A program made the translations under genes and the position numbers. DNA of 64,000 bases from a virus, in IMG/VR virus record IMGVR_UViG_3300046001_005260, positions 4,036 through 68,035 of that record. One strand, 5' to 3'. This document shows positions 35,359 to 45,294 of this stretch, piece after piece. The notes beneath the pieces are model-generated. The model was not told where the DNA came from, searched no databases, and saw only the letters and a program-made list of their open reading frames with translations. Every line of letters begins with the position of its first letter. Position 1 is the stretch's first letter.

Positions 35359-37058
35359 AAATAAACGATGTTGTCTTGCGGTTCGCGCCTGATCCTGCTG
35401 ACAAGCGATCCAAAGTCAAGCCGTGCAGGCGCGCCAAGGTCGATTACGGTCCTGCCCCGTGCAAGCTCGTGCGTAACCCCCCGAGCAAGCGCGCCCATCG
35501 TCTCGCAGACTGGCAGCGTCCCGGCCAAGTTGTATTTTCGCGGCAGTAAGTTGTCGCCGCTGCAATCGTCTCCTACGAGCGTTAGTGGTCCTTCCCACGG
35601 CACCCAGTTTTGAGCGTCGCGCAAGGCGGCTGCGAGTCCTGCTGGCGGTGTCAAAAAGTCGTAGTCCCATGCCTTGTAAATCGCGGTTGGCGTAGCGAAT
35701 GCGGTGTTGACTACAAACGCTTGGAATGACCATTGGCGAACCGACCAGCGCGCCGTCCAGTCTTTACCCGTGCCGATGGTGTCTGAAAGCCGGAATCCTG
35801 AAAAGAAATTGGCACCCGTTGAAAGGTCATAGAAAACGGTCGGAATCGGAGAGTGCGAGCCGCTGCCGTCGAACGTGTCAAAACGCGAAATCCATGTCCC
35901 TGAAATCGTGACTTCCTCGCCGCCGTATTGTTCCAATACCCAATCAGGAACGTCATCAGTGGTGACAACGTGGCAATCGGCTATCTCGGCGGCGGTGTAA
36001 AACGTGCCGTCCTTGCGCTTGTAGTTGACGCCAGGGAAATACTCAACAACCGGGCTTTTCGGCCCGCTTGCCGTGCCGGTCCAGTAGTAAACCGCTGACC
36101 CGACGCCAACCGGAATCGACCCGTAAAGCGAGACGAGCTGCGCTAGGTAGCTGTCGCGATTGGCAACGAAGTTATCCGTCACGCTCGAAATCGTTTGGAT
36201 GGTAACGGTGGCAAAATCATCCTTCGGCAAGAAGTCCACGATCTCCGGCCCGCTGACCGTCACGATTTGCCGTTGCCCTGCTTCCGGTGTTCCTACGCTC
36301 GCTGTCTGGTTTGCCCACGCTGGCCTGCCAGTGGTTGCGCTGCGGGTGACATAGTTCAAATCGACAAGCTTAACCTCCAAGTCAAGGCGCGGCGTCAAGT
36401 CGCACAATTCGACCGCATCCGTTCCGATGGTGTAGGTGGTATCGGTCGCGCCCGAGCGCCTGGTCACGTTGAGCGCCGGAGTCGTGCCGGAGTAGTCAAA
36501 CCATGCGACAGCGTCGGGACACCACCCTAGCAGCGTCGATATTGCCGACGCGCAAGACTGCTCTGAAAGAGTCATATTCGGCACGTTGAACATGCTCGCA
36601 ACGGATCCAAGCGTAATCGGCGCGCCGTTGGTGATCGAACGGGTGATTACCGTTTCGAGATGCGTTTTGAGACTTCCGGTGGCGAGAACGTAGGTTGCCC
36701 GCTCCGCACTTCCGCTGACCGCCCCAGCGTATGGCAATACGTCCGATGTCAGGTTGATTCGATCCAGCCACCACCACGGACCCTCAACAGTGATTGAGAT
36801 TGACCTCATCCCGACTTTCGGAGCGGTCACATATCCCTTGAATTTCCTCGCCGAATCCCAAAAGAGTTCCACGATTTGCCCAATGTCCGGCACGATGGTT
36901 CCTGCCCCGGTGGCGTTTTCCGTTTCCGCACTCCAAGTCAGCGAGTCCCCGGCGAGTGATTGGAAACGCAAGGTTGCGCTGGAAATATTCAGGTCAGCGA
37001 AACTGCGCGGCGTTGCGTCGAGAGTCTTCCCGGTTTCTCCTTTGATGATCCAAGCCAT
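35355..37058 (-). CDS. Tail hub / baseplate protein
   Basis: 567 aa directly after the tape measure gene. Confidence 0.55.
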   Translation of the reverse strand: MAWIIKGETGKTLDATPRSFADLNISSATLRFQSLAGDSLTWSAETENATGAGTIVPDIGQIVELFWDSARKFKGYVTAPKVGMRSISITVEGPWWWLDRINLTSDVLPYAGAVSGSAERATYVLATGSLKTHLETVITRSITNGAPITLGSVASMFNVPNMTLSEQSCASAISTLLGWCPDAVAWFDYSGTTPALNVTRRSGATDTTYTIGTDAVELCDLTPRLDLEVKLVDLNYVTRSATTGRPAWANQTASVGTPEAGQRQIVTVSGPEIVDFLPKDDFATVTIQTISSVTDNFVANRDSYLAQLVSLYGSIPVGVGSAVYYWTGTASGPKSPVVEYFPGVNYKRKDGTFYTAAEIADCHVVTTDDVPDWVLEQYGGEEVTISGTWISRFDTFDGSGSHSPIPTVFYDLSTGANFFSGFRLSDTIGTGKDWTARWSVRQWSFQAFVVNTAFATPTAIYKAWDYDFLTPPAGLAAALRDAQNWVPWEGPLTLVGDDCSGDNLLPRKYNLAGTLPVCETMGALARGVTHELARGRTVIDLGAPARLDFGSLVSRIRREPQDNIVYL

Positions 37059-37059
37059 G

Positions 37060-38568
37060 TTATTTTCTCAGGTTGAGTGTTTTCATCGCTTGCTCGTAGC
37101 GGTCGTTAGTCGCTTTGATTTTCATCAATTCAGGATAAAGGACTTTCTGTTGCTCTTGAATCCTCATCACTTCCTTCATTATGTCGCCCATTCCTTTTGA
37201 TAACTGAAGCTGCCCGATAAGATTGCTCAGATTCTGGTTGAATCGGTCGTTTTCTCCAATCTGGATTTCAAGGTCGCCAGCCATCGTTTTCAGCGACCCT
37301 ACGGCATTCTTTGCCGCCTCTGAGGTTGGCGTGATTTTTTCGAGAACCGCAAGCGTGTCCTTGGCTTGCTGCTCGCTCATTTGGGCAACAGTTTCGAGCT
37401 TGGCGACCGTCTCTTGTTTCTTCGCGGTGTTCTCCAGTCTTTCGGTCGATTGCTCGATTGCTGCTTGCGTGTCAATTGCTGTTTGCGTCGCCTTCGATAG
37501 CGCGAGCTTGGCCATGTCGAGCGGGCCGCCAGGCTTGGCTTCTTTCTCTAGGTCGGCAGCGAGCTTGGATAGTTCCGCTTCAATTGCCGCCATTCGGTCA
37601 GTGACCGACTTATCGGAAACCATTCTTGCGGCAGCCTGTCTTGCTGGCGTCCCTGGCGTCTGCCCCCATCCTTGGCTCCGCCCTTCGTCAGTTGAAAGCA
37701 ATACTCTTGCCCTGACGAGTGCCGCCCGATCCTCGTCAAGGACGGCTTTCTTTTTTGCCATTTCCGCCCGCCGATTCTCCCGGTCTTGAATCATCAAGTC
37801 GAGGTCGTCTTGCGCCTTCTTGGCGATCTTGAACGCTTCTTCAGCCTGCTTCTTTTGGTCCTTAATCTGCTTTTCAAAGTCAGCGCGCCGAACCGCTTCC
37901 ATGCGATTTGCCGCCTGCTCGATTTGCTTCCACTTGTCCACTTGCTTTCCAAGCAATGAATCAACCAAGTCTTGCGCCTCTGCGACCGTTGCCGCGTCCT
38001 TAGCCATCGCTGCCGCTGCCGCTTGCGATGCTGCGTCAAGTAGTGGATACTGCCCTGTAAGCTCGCGGGCGGATTGCAGCGTGAAGGCGAGAGCTTGTTT
38101 CGCGTCGTCAAGTTTGGTGATCTCGATCTTGGTGATCTTCTCGCCCATCTGCTTGATTGACTCAGCGGCTTTGTCTGCCGCTTCTGAAGTCCCGAAAAGC
38201 ATGTCGCTGATTTTCGGCAAAGCGATTGCCAAGATGGGTAATGCCGCCCCGATTCCTGCAAAAGTCATGGCCGCTTTTCCAGACAAGACGCCCGCACTTG
38301 AAAGCGCGCCAGCCATCTGTCCGGCTTGCTGAGAGAATGCCCGCATGACCGGCGTTCCCATTTCGATCTGCGTAAAGAAATCCCCGACTTGGTACCCAGC
38401 TTGGTTCGTCAGCATTCCCATTTTGCCGACATTCTTCCCGGTGGTTTCCGTTTCTGTCCCTAGCTTTTTGACAACCGGGTTAAGGTTTTCAATCGACGCT
38501 TGTGCTTGTTTCGCCCCCGTCGTATCCGCCGTGGTCTTGATCTCGATTCCTACGTTTTTATCGGCCAT
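37060..38568 (-). CDS. Tape measure protein (short)
   Basis: QAGYQVGDFFTQI..GT....AFSQQ.GQ lambda-H-like motif; Ala/Gln/Lys-rich helical body. Confidence 0.75.
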   Translation of the reverse strand: MADKNVGIEIKTTADTTGAKQAQASIENLNPVVKKLGTETETTGKNVGKMGMLTNQAGYQVGDFFTQIEMGTPVMRAFSQQAGQMAGALSSAGVLSGKAAMTFAGIGAALPILAIALPKISDMLFGTSEAADKAAESIKQMGEKITKIEITKLDDAKQALAFTLQSARELTGQYPLLDAASQAAAAAMAKDAATVAEAQDLVDSLLGKQVDKWKQIEQAANRMEAVRRADFEKQIKDQKKQAEEAFKIAKKAQDDLDLMIQDRENRRAEMAKKKAVLDEDRAALVRARVLLSTDEGRSQGWGQTPGTPARQAAARMVSDKSVTDRMAAIEAELSKLAADLEKEAKPGGPLDMAKLALSKATQTAIDTQAAIEQSTERLENTAKKQETVAKLETVAQMSEQQAKDTLAVLEKITPTSEAAKNAVGSLKTMAGDLEIQIGENDRFNQNLSNLIGQLQLSKGMGDIMKEVMRIQEQQKVLYPELMKIKATNDRYEQAMKTLNLRK

Positions 38569-38575
38569 GGCTTGA

Positions 38576-40465
38576 TTATGCTTCAATTACTCCGCAAATG
38601 CCGATGTCAACTGTCCCGGCGCCGAACGACCAAACTGATAGCGTCGCCGATGTCGCCCCGGTTGGAACAAGCTCCGGCGGCGATAGCCAAGTGCCTTCAT
38701 GCGCGGGCAGTGTCACGGTGTAATCGGCGCTCGTCATGTTTTGCCCGTCGTCGATAGCCTCCAACGCGGCAATCTCGCCGCCCGGCCCGTTGAAGGTGAG
38801 TTTGACCCGAACGTTCTTGAAGCCTGCGGAAACCTTGAGCTTGGCGAGAATCCGCACCCGGTCGCCAGCAGTGACAGCTTGCCCGGTGAGATTGAAAACC
38901 GCCAGCTTGCACTCTGCCCCGCTTTGCGTGACGGTCAGGCGTTGCCATTGCCTCCCGTCGATCGTGACGAGTGACGGCGTGACGGTCGCGGACGGGTAAG
39001 CGGTTGGAGTTGACCAGCCGGTTGCAATGGTCGTGCCGCCAGTCATGTATGGGTTCGCGGTGATCCAATCGGCAGCGCCCGACGCCGGGAACTCAAACGG
39101 GAAATCAGAAATCAAGCGGTCGATTTCGGCAAGGACATGAGCGCCCATGATGCGACAGCCTGCCGGGTTCGGGTGGATTTCATCAACCTCGAACAAGTCA
39201 GCGTCGCCAACCGCGCCATCGTAAAGCGTGGCAGGCCATTCGATCCACTGCAAGCCGAGTGCTTCCGCTTCGACCTTCAAGAGTGCGTTAAGCGCATCCG
39301 TCGTGGTTTGGTTCGTTGAATCAGGCGTTGGCGGAACTTCGCACGGGATTACAGTGATTCCGGCGGCGGTCATAGCTTCCCACATTGCAACCCGGTTGGC
39401 GACGGTGGTTGCCGAGGACACAGCAAGCAAGACATCATTCGTGCCGCTCATCTCCACGACGATCTTTCCAGCGGCAAGAATGAGCAAGTCCGGCAGAGTG
39501 TATTGAATGATTCCGGCGGTAGTTAGCCCGGATTTTCCGAACGTCCACCCGCCCGCCAATAATGCCGGGTAAGTCGTAGGATTGAACCGAATCGGCTCAA
39601 ATTTGCCATTGGATAGAAGTTGCATCCATGCCGCGTAACCGTCTGCTGTCGTTGCCGTCTCTGGCGATAGGCTTTTCTCGCTTGCTGCTTGCGCCAGGTC
39701 GGTCGTGCCAAGCGTTCGGGCAAACAACCCATTGGCAATATAAGCGGCGTCTGCGTTGCAATACGCGACAACATCGGCAACGGTGGAAGTCACGACGCCA
39801 GCGCCATCGGTGGCAAGGTTGACCGTCACGGCGTCGCCAGTGATGGACACTGAAAGCGATTGGCTGACCCCGGCGTTGACATGGCGAACGGTGATTTCCA
39901 CCATCCCTGTTACTTCATAGCGAACCCGGTGATAAACTCCGTTAACGCCGGCTCCAAGCAATAGCTCGTAGCGCCATTCGCTCGCCGTCTCGGTGATGCT
40001 GTCTCCGATGAATGCGATGCTTGTGACTTTCTCGCGAGTCACTAAGTCAGTCGCTACAAAATCATGCTGCGTGACATTTGCGGGCGTGTCATACCCTAGC
40101 AACCGACGTGGCTTGTGCGATTTGATAGTGGCGTTGAAAAACTTCCAATATCGGTCTTCAATGCCGCTGACCTCGATTAGCAACGGCTTCTTCGTCGCCT
40201 CTTGCGCGTCAATCAACCCGTCAAGCATCGCCGCCCGCGCGGCGGCGTCGGTCGAATCTTCAGAAATCACCCGCACGGAGAAATTAACAACAGCGTTTTT
40301 TCCGACCCGTAGAAATGGCGATGCACCGTCAACGAGTTGCACGACCTCAACCGTCTTGTCTAGCTGCGGTTCCAACTCGTCGCTTTCAAGCATTGAATCG
40401 AAATCGACTAGCACGGTGTTTGCTCCGGCTGGATCGTAGGTCAAGCGCCATTGTGATGAGGTCAT
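38576..40465 (-). CDS. Tail protein fused to an SGNH/GDSL hydrolase and a C-terminal beta-sandwich
   Basis: GDSIT, G.SG, GTND and DEIHP blocks. Confidence 0.75.
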   Translation of the reverse strand: MTSSQWRLTYDPAGANTVLVDFDSMLESDELEPQLDKTVEVVQLVDGASPFLRVGKNAVVNFSVRVISEDSTDAAARAAMLDGLIDAQEATKKPLLIEVSGIEDRYWKFFNATIKSHKPRRLLGYDTPANVTQHDFVATDLVTREKVTSIAFIGDSITETASEWRYELLLGAGVNGVYHRVRYEVTGMVEITVRHVNAGVSQSLSVSITGDAVTVNLATDGAGVVTSTVADVVAYCNADAAYIANGLFARTLGTTDLAQAASEKSLSPETATTADGYAAWMQLLSNGKFEPIRFNPTTYPALLAGGWTFGKSGLTTAGIIQYTLPDLLILAAGKIVVEMSGTNDVLLAVSSATTVANRVAMWEAMTAAGITVIPCEVPPTPDSTNQTTTDALNALLKVEAEALGLQWIEWPATLYDGAVGDADLFEVDEIHPNPAGCRIMGAHVLAEIDRLISDFPFEFPASGAADWITANPYMTGGTTIATGWSTPTAYPSATVTPSLVTIDGRQWQRLTVTQSGAECKLAVFNLTGQAVTAGDRVRILAKLKVSAGFKNVRVKLTFNGPGGEIAALEAIDDGQNMTSADYTVTLPAHEGTWLSPPELVPTGATSATLSVWSFGAGTVDIGICGVIEA

Positions 40466-40914
40466 TCGGCTGGTTCTGGTTGCGGTTCTGGAATCGGAAT
40501 GGGGTTGCCCCACGCATCGAAGCCATCGGCGGGAGGCCCAAGCGACACTGTGCCGTCAGTGTTGGCGATGAGTTCACGCGGCGGTATGAAATGCTCTGGT
40601 GCGATTAGGTCGGTTAGGTCAACTTTCAGGATGGCGGCGATGTTCGCAAGCTGCCGAATATTTTCGCTCGCAAACGCCAGATAAACGCCACTCGCTGGCA
40701 CTTGCTCGCCGTTTGGCAGCGTGATAGTGTAAGCGTTCAGCGCGGCGATTCGCTCGTCAGGCGTCATGCCTGCGCCCCAGAATGCACGGAAGCTGTCACG
40801 GTGGTATGCGACGCGCTCCATGATTTTGGAAAGTAGCAGCGCCATCGTGTTTTCAGCTTCCATTTCGGATGCTGGCGGCTGCGGGCGGGATGGGAGTTGG
40901 AATGGGGATGGCAT
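40462..40914 (-). CDS. Hypothetical fibre-associated protein
   Basis: Occupies the slot of 191-694 but is not homologous to it. Confidence 0.55.
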   Translation of the reverse strand: MPSPFQLPSRPQPPASEMEAENTMALLLSKIMERVAYHRDSFRAFWGAGMTPDERIAALNAYTITLPNGEQVPASGVYLAFASENIRQLANIAAILKVDLTDLIAPEHFIPPRELIANTDGTVSLGPPADGFDAWGNPIPIPEPQPEPAE

Positions 40915-40924
40915 TGGAGTATTT

Positions 40925-41566
40925 TCAGATTGTTAGCAATGCGGATGATATGGCGGCGACTTCAGAAGCGGTTAAAACTCGATTGTAAAACGCAATGGCC
41001 TCAATTACGCTGTTCCATCCGTTTGCCCCGGGAACTCCTATATTTATCGTAGTTCCAGAGCCTATCCATGCCGGAATTGTTATTCCCTCGTCCGATCCGT
41101 TTCGATAGGCTTTTGTGCCAGCCACTGCCAAAACATGCGAACCGCTTGTGACGGCTGGTGTTTTCCCAGCGGATTGGCCGTTGTAATAAGCTATTGATCC
41201 GCCTGATGCGGTCCAGTTCGGGAGCGTTCCAACACTATTGCTTCCAGTGCCTGAGAGAAACGGGAATCTGTTTGTTGCTGATGATGCGGTTATTTTTACT
41301 ATCCAGCTTTTTTGAGATACTGGCGTGTATGCACAGTTTAGCTGATTGGACGAACCATTAAACGTCCAACCAATTCCAGCGGACCAAGTTGGAGCGTTTA
41401 CAACAGAAGCATCATAAGTGCCGGGATTCGCAAGATTGACATACGATGCCGCAAGGCTTGCGGCGTTTTTAGATTGGTACGCAACTAAACAATCAGCAGG
41501 AGCCAGTCCTCCAGAAAGCCACCATGGACCAGCGCTTATCCTCATCATTTTACCAGCGGCGAACAT
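40925..41566 (-). CDS. LamG/ConA-like receptor-binding domain protein
   Basis: WTFNGS..., AYRNG and IAFYNRVLTASEV motifs. Confidence 0.65.
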   Translation of the reverse strand: MFAAGKMMRISAGPWWLSGGLAPADCLVAYQSKNAASLAASYVNLANPGTYDASVVNAPTWSAGIGWTFNGSSNQLNCAYTPVSQKSWIVKITASSATNRFPFLSGTGSNSVGTLPNWTASGGSIAYYNGQSAGKTPAVTSGSHVLAVAGTKAYRNGSDEGITIPAWIGSGTTINIGVPGANGWNSVIEAIAFYNRVLTASEVAAISSALLTI

Positions 41567-42483
41567 CAGGTTGTGAATCCTTTCTGGTAAGCTCCGCGCC
41601 ATTTGTAGCCGCCGCTTGTCGCAGTGGACCAAAACGTCAAAGCGTCTTCTTTTCCTGCGGTCGCTGTCGCGGCGTAGGTTCCCGCGCCGCCCCAATCAAC
41701 GCCCGTAAAAATGGCGGTTCCGTTTCCGGTTGCGGCAGCTTGCTTGACGATCAGGATAAACGACTTGCCAAACGCTGCGGTTGGCATTGCAAACGTGCAA
41801 GGCGTGTTGGCTGTTAGCTGAACGCTCTGGTATGTGCTGGTTGCGATGTTTATCTCGTGAGCGTTAGTCGGCACGGTCCCGATCGCCGTGGCGTTTTCGG
41901 TGTAGCCGGAGACGGTGCCTTGCGTGAGTTTATCCGGCTCTCCTTGTGCATTTCCGGTCAGCGCGAGTGTGTTCGACGCATCAGGCAATCCATAGTTTTG
42001 GTTTTGACTGAGAGTGGTTTCGTTGAACGATCCTTGCTGGTCCGGCCCGCCGATCGTAACGCTTCCAGTCGCTTCAAGCGCGCTGATTTTGACCCGCCCG
42101 TTGGCGTCTGTTTTGAGTAGTTTTCCAGGATTGGTTGCGCCGTCTGTGGTGGCGGCGGTAACGTCATCATTCGGAAACGTTGTTGGCTTTCCAGCGAGCG
42201 TTGACCATGTAACCCCTGCCGCTTGATAGACCGCGTCAAAGTAGGTTTTCAGCGTCGCCTTGATTGCGGCCCATGTAAGCTTTTTCCAGCCGTAGCTTGC
42301 TGCGCTGTCAGCCAGTCCGATCTCGTCGGCGTCAACCGGCGTCGTCTTCGCTGTCGCCGCGTGCGTGATGGCGGCAATGGCGGCAGCGTCAACAGTCCCG
42401 CCGCCCCCGGTTCCAGCGGGACCAACGTTGCGCACGATCACCCGCGTTTCCGTCACTGTCCTTACAACGGTCCTGTCACTCAT
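41566..42483 (-). CDS. Tail fibre protein
   Basis: N-terminal segment shared with 698-1684; different C-terminus. Confidence 0.7.
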   Translation of the reverse strand: MSDRTVVRTVTETRVIVRNVGPAGTGGGGTVDAAAIAAITHAATAKTTPVDADEIGLADSAASYGWKKLTWAAIKATLKTYFDAVYQAAGVTWSTLAGKPTTFPNDDVTAATTDGATNPGKLLKTDANGRVKISALEATGSVTIGGPDQQGSFNETTLSQNQNYGLPDASNTLALTGNAQGEPDKLTQGTVSGYTENATAIGTVPTNAHEINIATSTYQSVQLTANTPCTFAMPTAAFGKSFILIVKQAAATGNGTAIFTGVDWGGAGTYAATATAGKEDALTFWSTATSGGYKWRGAYQKGFTT

Positions 42484-43267
42484 ACGGCTTCCGGCTGCGT
42501 CGCCGGGGTGTTGATTTTCATCGTTTCGGTCGGAATCAAGAACGTCCGAACTCCGTCAACCTCAACCAGCAAATCCCAGACAAGCGCGCCCATCGGAAGC
42601 GACCATGTATCCTCAGGCGCCAGCGAGAAATCCACGATGTTAGTTGACCCCGAGCGCAGCGTGAACGCGGCGGAAATGTCCGCCACTGCGTCGCCGTCGC
42701 GCTCGCGGATCTCCGCGTAGAACGTGCCGCCCGTTAGGTCATCAGCGACGCCTGCCGGTGTCGTTACGGTGATCGCCTCCGTGTGCGTCAATCCTCTTGT
42801 GATGGTCGTCATGGGGCGGCGATAGTGTTTGGCGGTGGTGTCATCGCTTCAGGCAGTGAACCGGTGAGCGTCAATACTGGCGTGCCGGTAGCTGGCGAGG
42901 TTGCTGTGAACGCGGCAAGCCATGGATAAGCGACATCATCGGCGGATTCAAACAGCGAGCCAATGCCGGATTTTTCGATCAACCACTTGTCATCTTCGGT
43001 TGACCAAAAAACCGACGTGTCGCCGTCTTCCGGGTCTGCAAACTTGACTCGCCCATTTTCCGACAGAACTCTCGAAAGAGCGGCAAATGAAACCGGCGAG
43101 CTTCCGTTGCTGGTCAGCGTCCCGGTGATCGTCAGGAAACACGCGCCCGGTGTCGGCTGGTCTGGAACGACTGGCGATGGCGCGGAGAACGCAGCAACCA
43201 CGGCAGGCGGTGCCGATGGCGTTGGCGCGGTAAAGGTTGGCAGTGGTTGGCCTGGTGCGTCGGGCAT
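42480..43267 (-). CDS. Two tail proteins (42480-42812, 42809-43267)
   Basis: Homologues of 1681-2022 and 2026-2499. Confidence 0.65.
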
Positions 43268-43343
43268 GGCGTGAGTGAGTGGAGCGCGGACGCCTGAAAC
43301 CCAGCCATGTGAGCCATGGCAAAATCACAAGCGCCTACGCATG

Positions 43344-43904
43344 TTATGCCGGGAAGTTGATGGAGTTGCCTTCGGTGCCTTTGACCTGCGTGAAGCGCAG
43401 CACTGGTTCTACAACCTTGTCGTTAAACTCGCCGGTTTCCTCAATCCGGCACTCTGCCCACCAGTCGAGAATGAATCGGTCGGTGCCGCCGAGTTGCCGA
43501 CCCTGCAAGCGCAGCCAGCCGAAGATTTTGCGGTCAAGCTCAAGGTGCGGAGTTTGAGCCGTGCCGGTGGCGATGGCGGCAGCGAGTCCGAATTGCAAGC
43601 GGTGAATGATTTCGCCCATCTGGCGAGTCTTCAGGGTAACGAAGTCCTGCACGACGATGGATTTGTTTTTCTTGGCGTAGCCGCCCGACGCCAGTGGGAC
43701 AAGCGATGCGATGTCCACCCGCTCGTCGCCAAACTTGAAATTCAGCACGTCGCCAATGCTGTATGCGGTCCAGTTTGTTGCCGGGTCGGTGTCGGGTTTG
43801 CCCGCGGAGCTTCCAGCGACGGTTGTTCCGTCGACTACGGTTCCGGCGGGGATGAAATATGCGAATCCACCAATGAGGATTTCAGTCTGAACAGGGACGG
43901 CCAT
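43344..43904 (-). CDS. Putative tail tube protein
   Basis: Homologue of 2512-3072. Confidence 0.6.
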   Translation of the reverse strand: MAVPVQTEILIGGFAYFIPAGTVVDGTTVAGSSAGKPDTDPATNWTAYSIGDVLNFKFGDERVDIASLVPLASGGYAKKNKSIVVQDFVTLKTRQMGEIIHRLQFGLAAAIATGTAQTPHLELDRKIFGWLRLQGRQLGGTDRFILDWWAECRIEETGEFNDKVVEPVLRFTQVKGTEGNSINFPA

Positions 43905-43922
43905 GGTATTTTTTCGGTTAGG

Positions 43923-44354
43923 TTAGAGAATGAGTTGAGCGGAGATTGAGACGCGCATCGCGAGCAATTCGGGATGCTGGATCGGGTCGATTGTTTTGAC
44001 TACAAGGCGGGAATGGAAATGATCGGCGCTGTCTTGCTTCCAGTCGTGCAGCGACTTGCAAACCGCTTCGATGATGTCATCGGCTGGCGTGTCATGACTG
44101 CGGAGAACCGGCTTGAAAAACCCGGTGATGGTATAGTCCGCTGCGATGTGCGGGGTTTCCTTCATCGTGTCAAAATTGTTGCCTCCGATCCAAGTGACAA
44201 CGAGCAATCCCTTGCCTTTTTGCATCCCGATCGCTTTCTTCAGTTCCGCGTCGAGATCCCGCTGCCGGTCAACCACCACGGCGACACCCGCAAGAGCGTC
44301 ATCCGCTTCAAGGCGGGCGGCGATGGCGTCGGCTGTTGAGTAGAATTTCGACAT
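43923..44354 (-). CDS. Putative tail terminator / neck protein
   Basis: Homologue of 3091-3522. Confidence 0.55.
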   Translation of the reverse strand: MSKFYSTADAIAARLEADDALAGVAVVVDRQRDLDAELKKAIGMQKGKGLLVVTWIGGNNFDTMKETPHIAADYTITGFFKPVLRSHDTPADDIIEAVCKSLHDWKQDSADHFHSRLVVKTIDPIQHPELLAMRVSISAQLIL

Positions 44355-44356
44355 GG

Positions 44357-44791
44357 TCAGAAGTCAAGGAGGGTTGCCCCGCCGTATGCGACTGAGCTTG
44401 AAGTGGATTCTGGAATCGTGCCGGATGGCGTCTCGATTCGGACGGAACACGATGCAACGGCGTCAAGGAACTCGTGCGCCTTGCGCAGTTCCTCGCGTCG
44501 CACTTCGCTTGCGCCCTCAGACAGTGGCAGCGACCCGACAAGCGCGTCTCTAGCAATCGTGCAAGCGGCAAACAGGCACTCGCTTGGAATGGTCCCGGCT
44601 GGCCCTAGCTTCGACAGGTTGGCGCGGCAGGATGCGACTTTTCCCCGCACCATTGCGGTTACTTGCGCGATGATACCAGCGATAGCGTCAACGCCTGATT
44701 CGGCAGATTGCGCCGCATCCACATAGCCCGCCAACTCGTCACTTGATAGACGAGCGTTGATGTGATCGGCGGTAATGGCGAGCCAAGACAT
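44357..44791 (-). CDS. Head-tail adaptor (Mu gp36-like)
   Basis: MSWLAIT start; homologue of 3525-3968. Confidence 0.6.
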   Translation of the reverse strand: MSWLAITADHINARLSSDELAGYVDAAQSAESGVDAIAGIIAQVTAMVRGKVASCRANLSKLGPAGTIPSECLFAACTIARDALVGSLPLSEGASEVRREELRKAHEFLDAVASCSVRIETPSGTIPESTSSSVAYGGATLLDF

Positions 44792-44801
44792 AAGCTTAAA
44801 A

Positions 44802-44838
44802 GAAAGTCCCCGCCCGCTTTCGACGGCGAGCGGGGACC
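44802..44838 (-). terminator. Intrinsic terminator after the capsid operon
   Basis: Identical to 3981-4017; followed by TTTCTTTT. Confidence 0.8.
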
Positions 44839-44864
44839 AATGACCAACAAGCAACCAATGCGAA

Positions 44865-45266
44865 TCAGAACAGTAGCGAGACGGTGAATGACCCGGCGAG
44901 CGTGCCTGGGGTGGCGGTAGCGGTTTGAGCGACGCGGATGTAACGGCGAGTGTTTGGGGGGAGTCGGAAGCGAACGGTTTTCGCAGCGCAGCCAGCCGAA
45001 CTTGCGCCGGTTTGCGTGGTGGAAATGAGCGGGTCAACCGCCGTGAAGTCGGTTCCGTTGGCGCTGTCTTCAAGCTTGAATGTTAGAACCTTCGTATCGG
45101 ACAGTCCAGCTTCAGCGGGCAAGCTCAATTCGACGGCCATTTGTTCAATCTCGCCGCCGATGGTCTGTTCAAGGTCGATGCCGTCCGAGTTGGCCCCGGC
45201 TGCGGCATTCGCCTTGGTGACGATCTTATTCAGGTCTTTCAGTGCGCGGGCAAATTCATTAGCCAT
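44865..45266 (-). CDS. Capsid cement/decoration protein
   Basis: Homologue of 4043-4438. Confidence 0.65.
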   Translation of the reverse strand: MANEFARALKDLNKIVTKANAAAGANSDGIDLEQTIGGEIEQMAVELSLPAEAGLSDTKVLTFKLEDSANGTDFTAVDPLISTTQTGASSAGCAAKTVRFRLPPNTRRYIRVAQTATATPGTLAGSFTVSLLF

Positions 45267-45294
45267 GATGTTTTGTCTTTCTTGGTGTTAGAGG

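Noticed and set aside
698-42483. Diversity-generating retroelement, suggested by the BPP-1-like capsid
   Set aside because: No reverse transcriptase and no template/variable repeat pair differing at adenines near the fibre genes.
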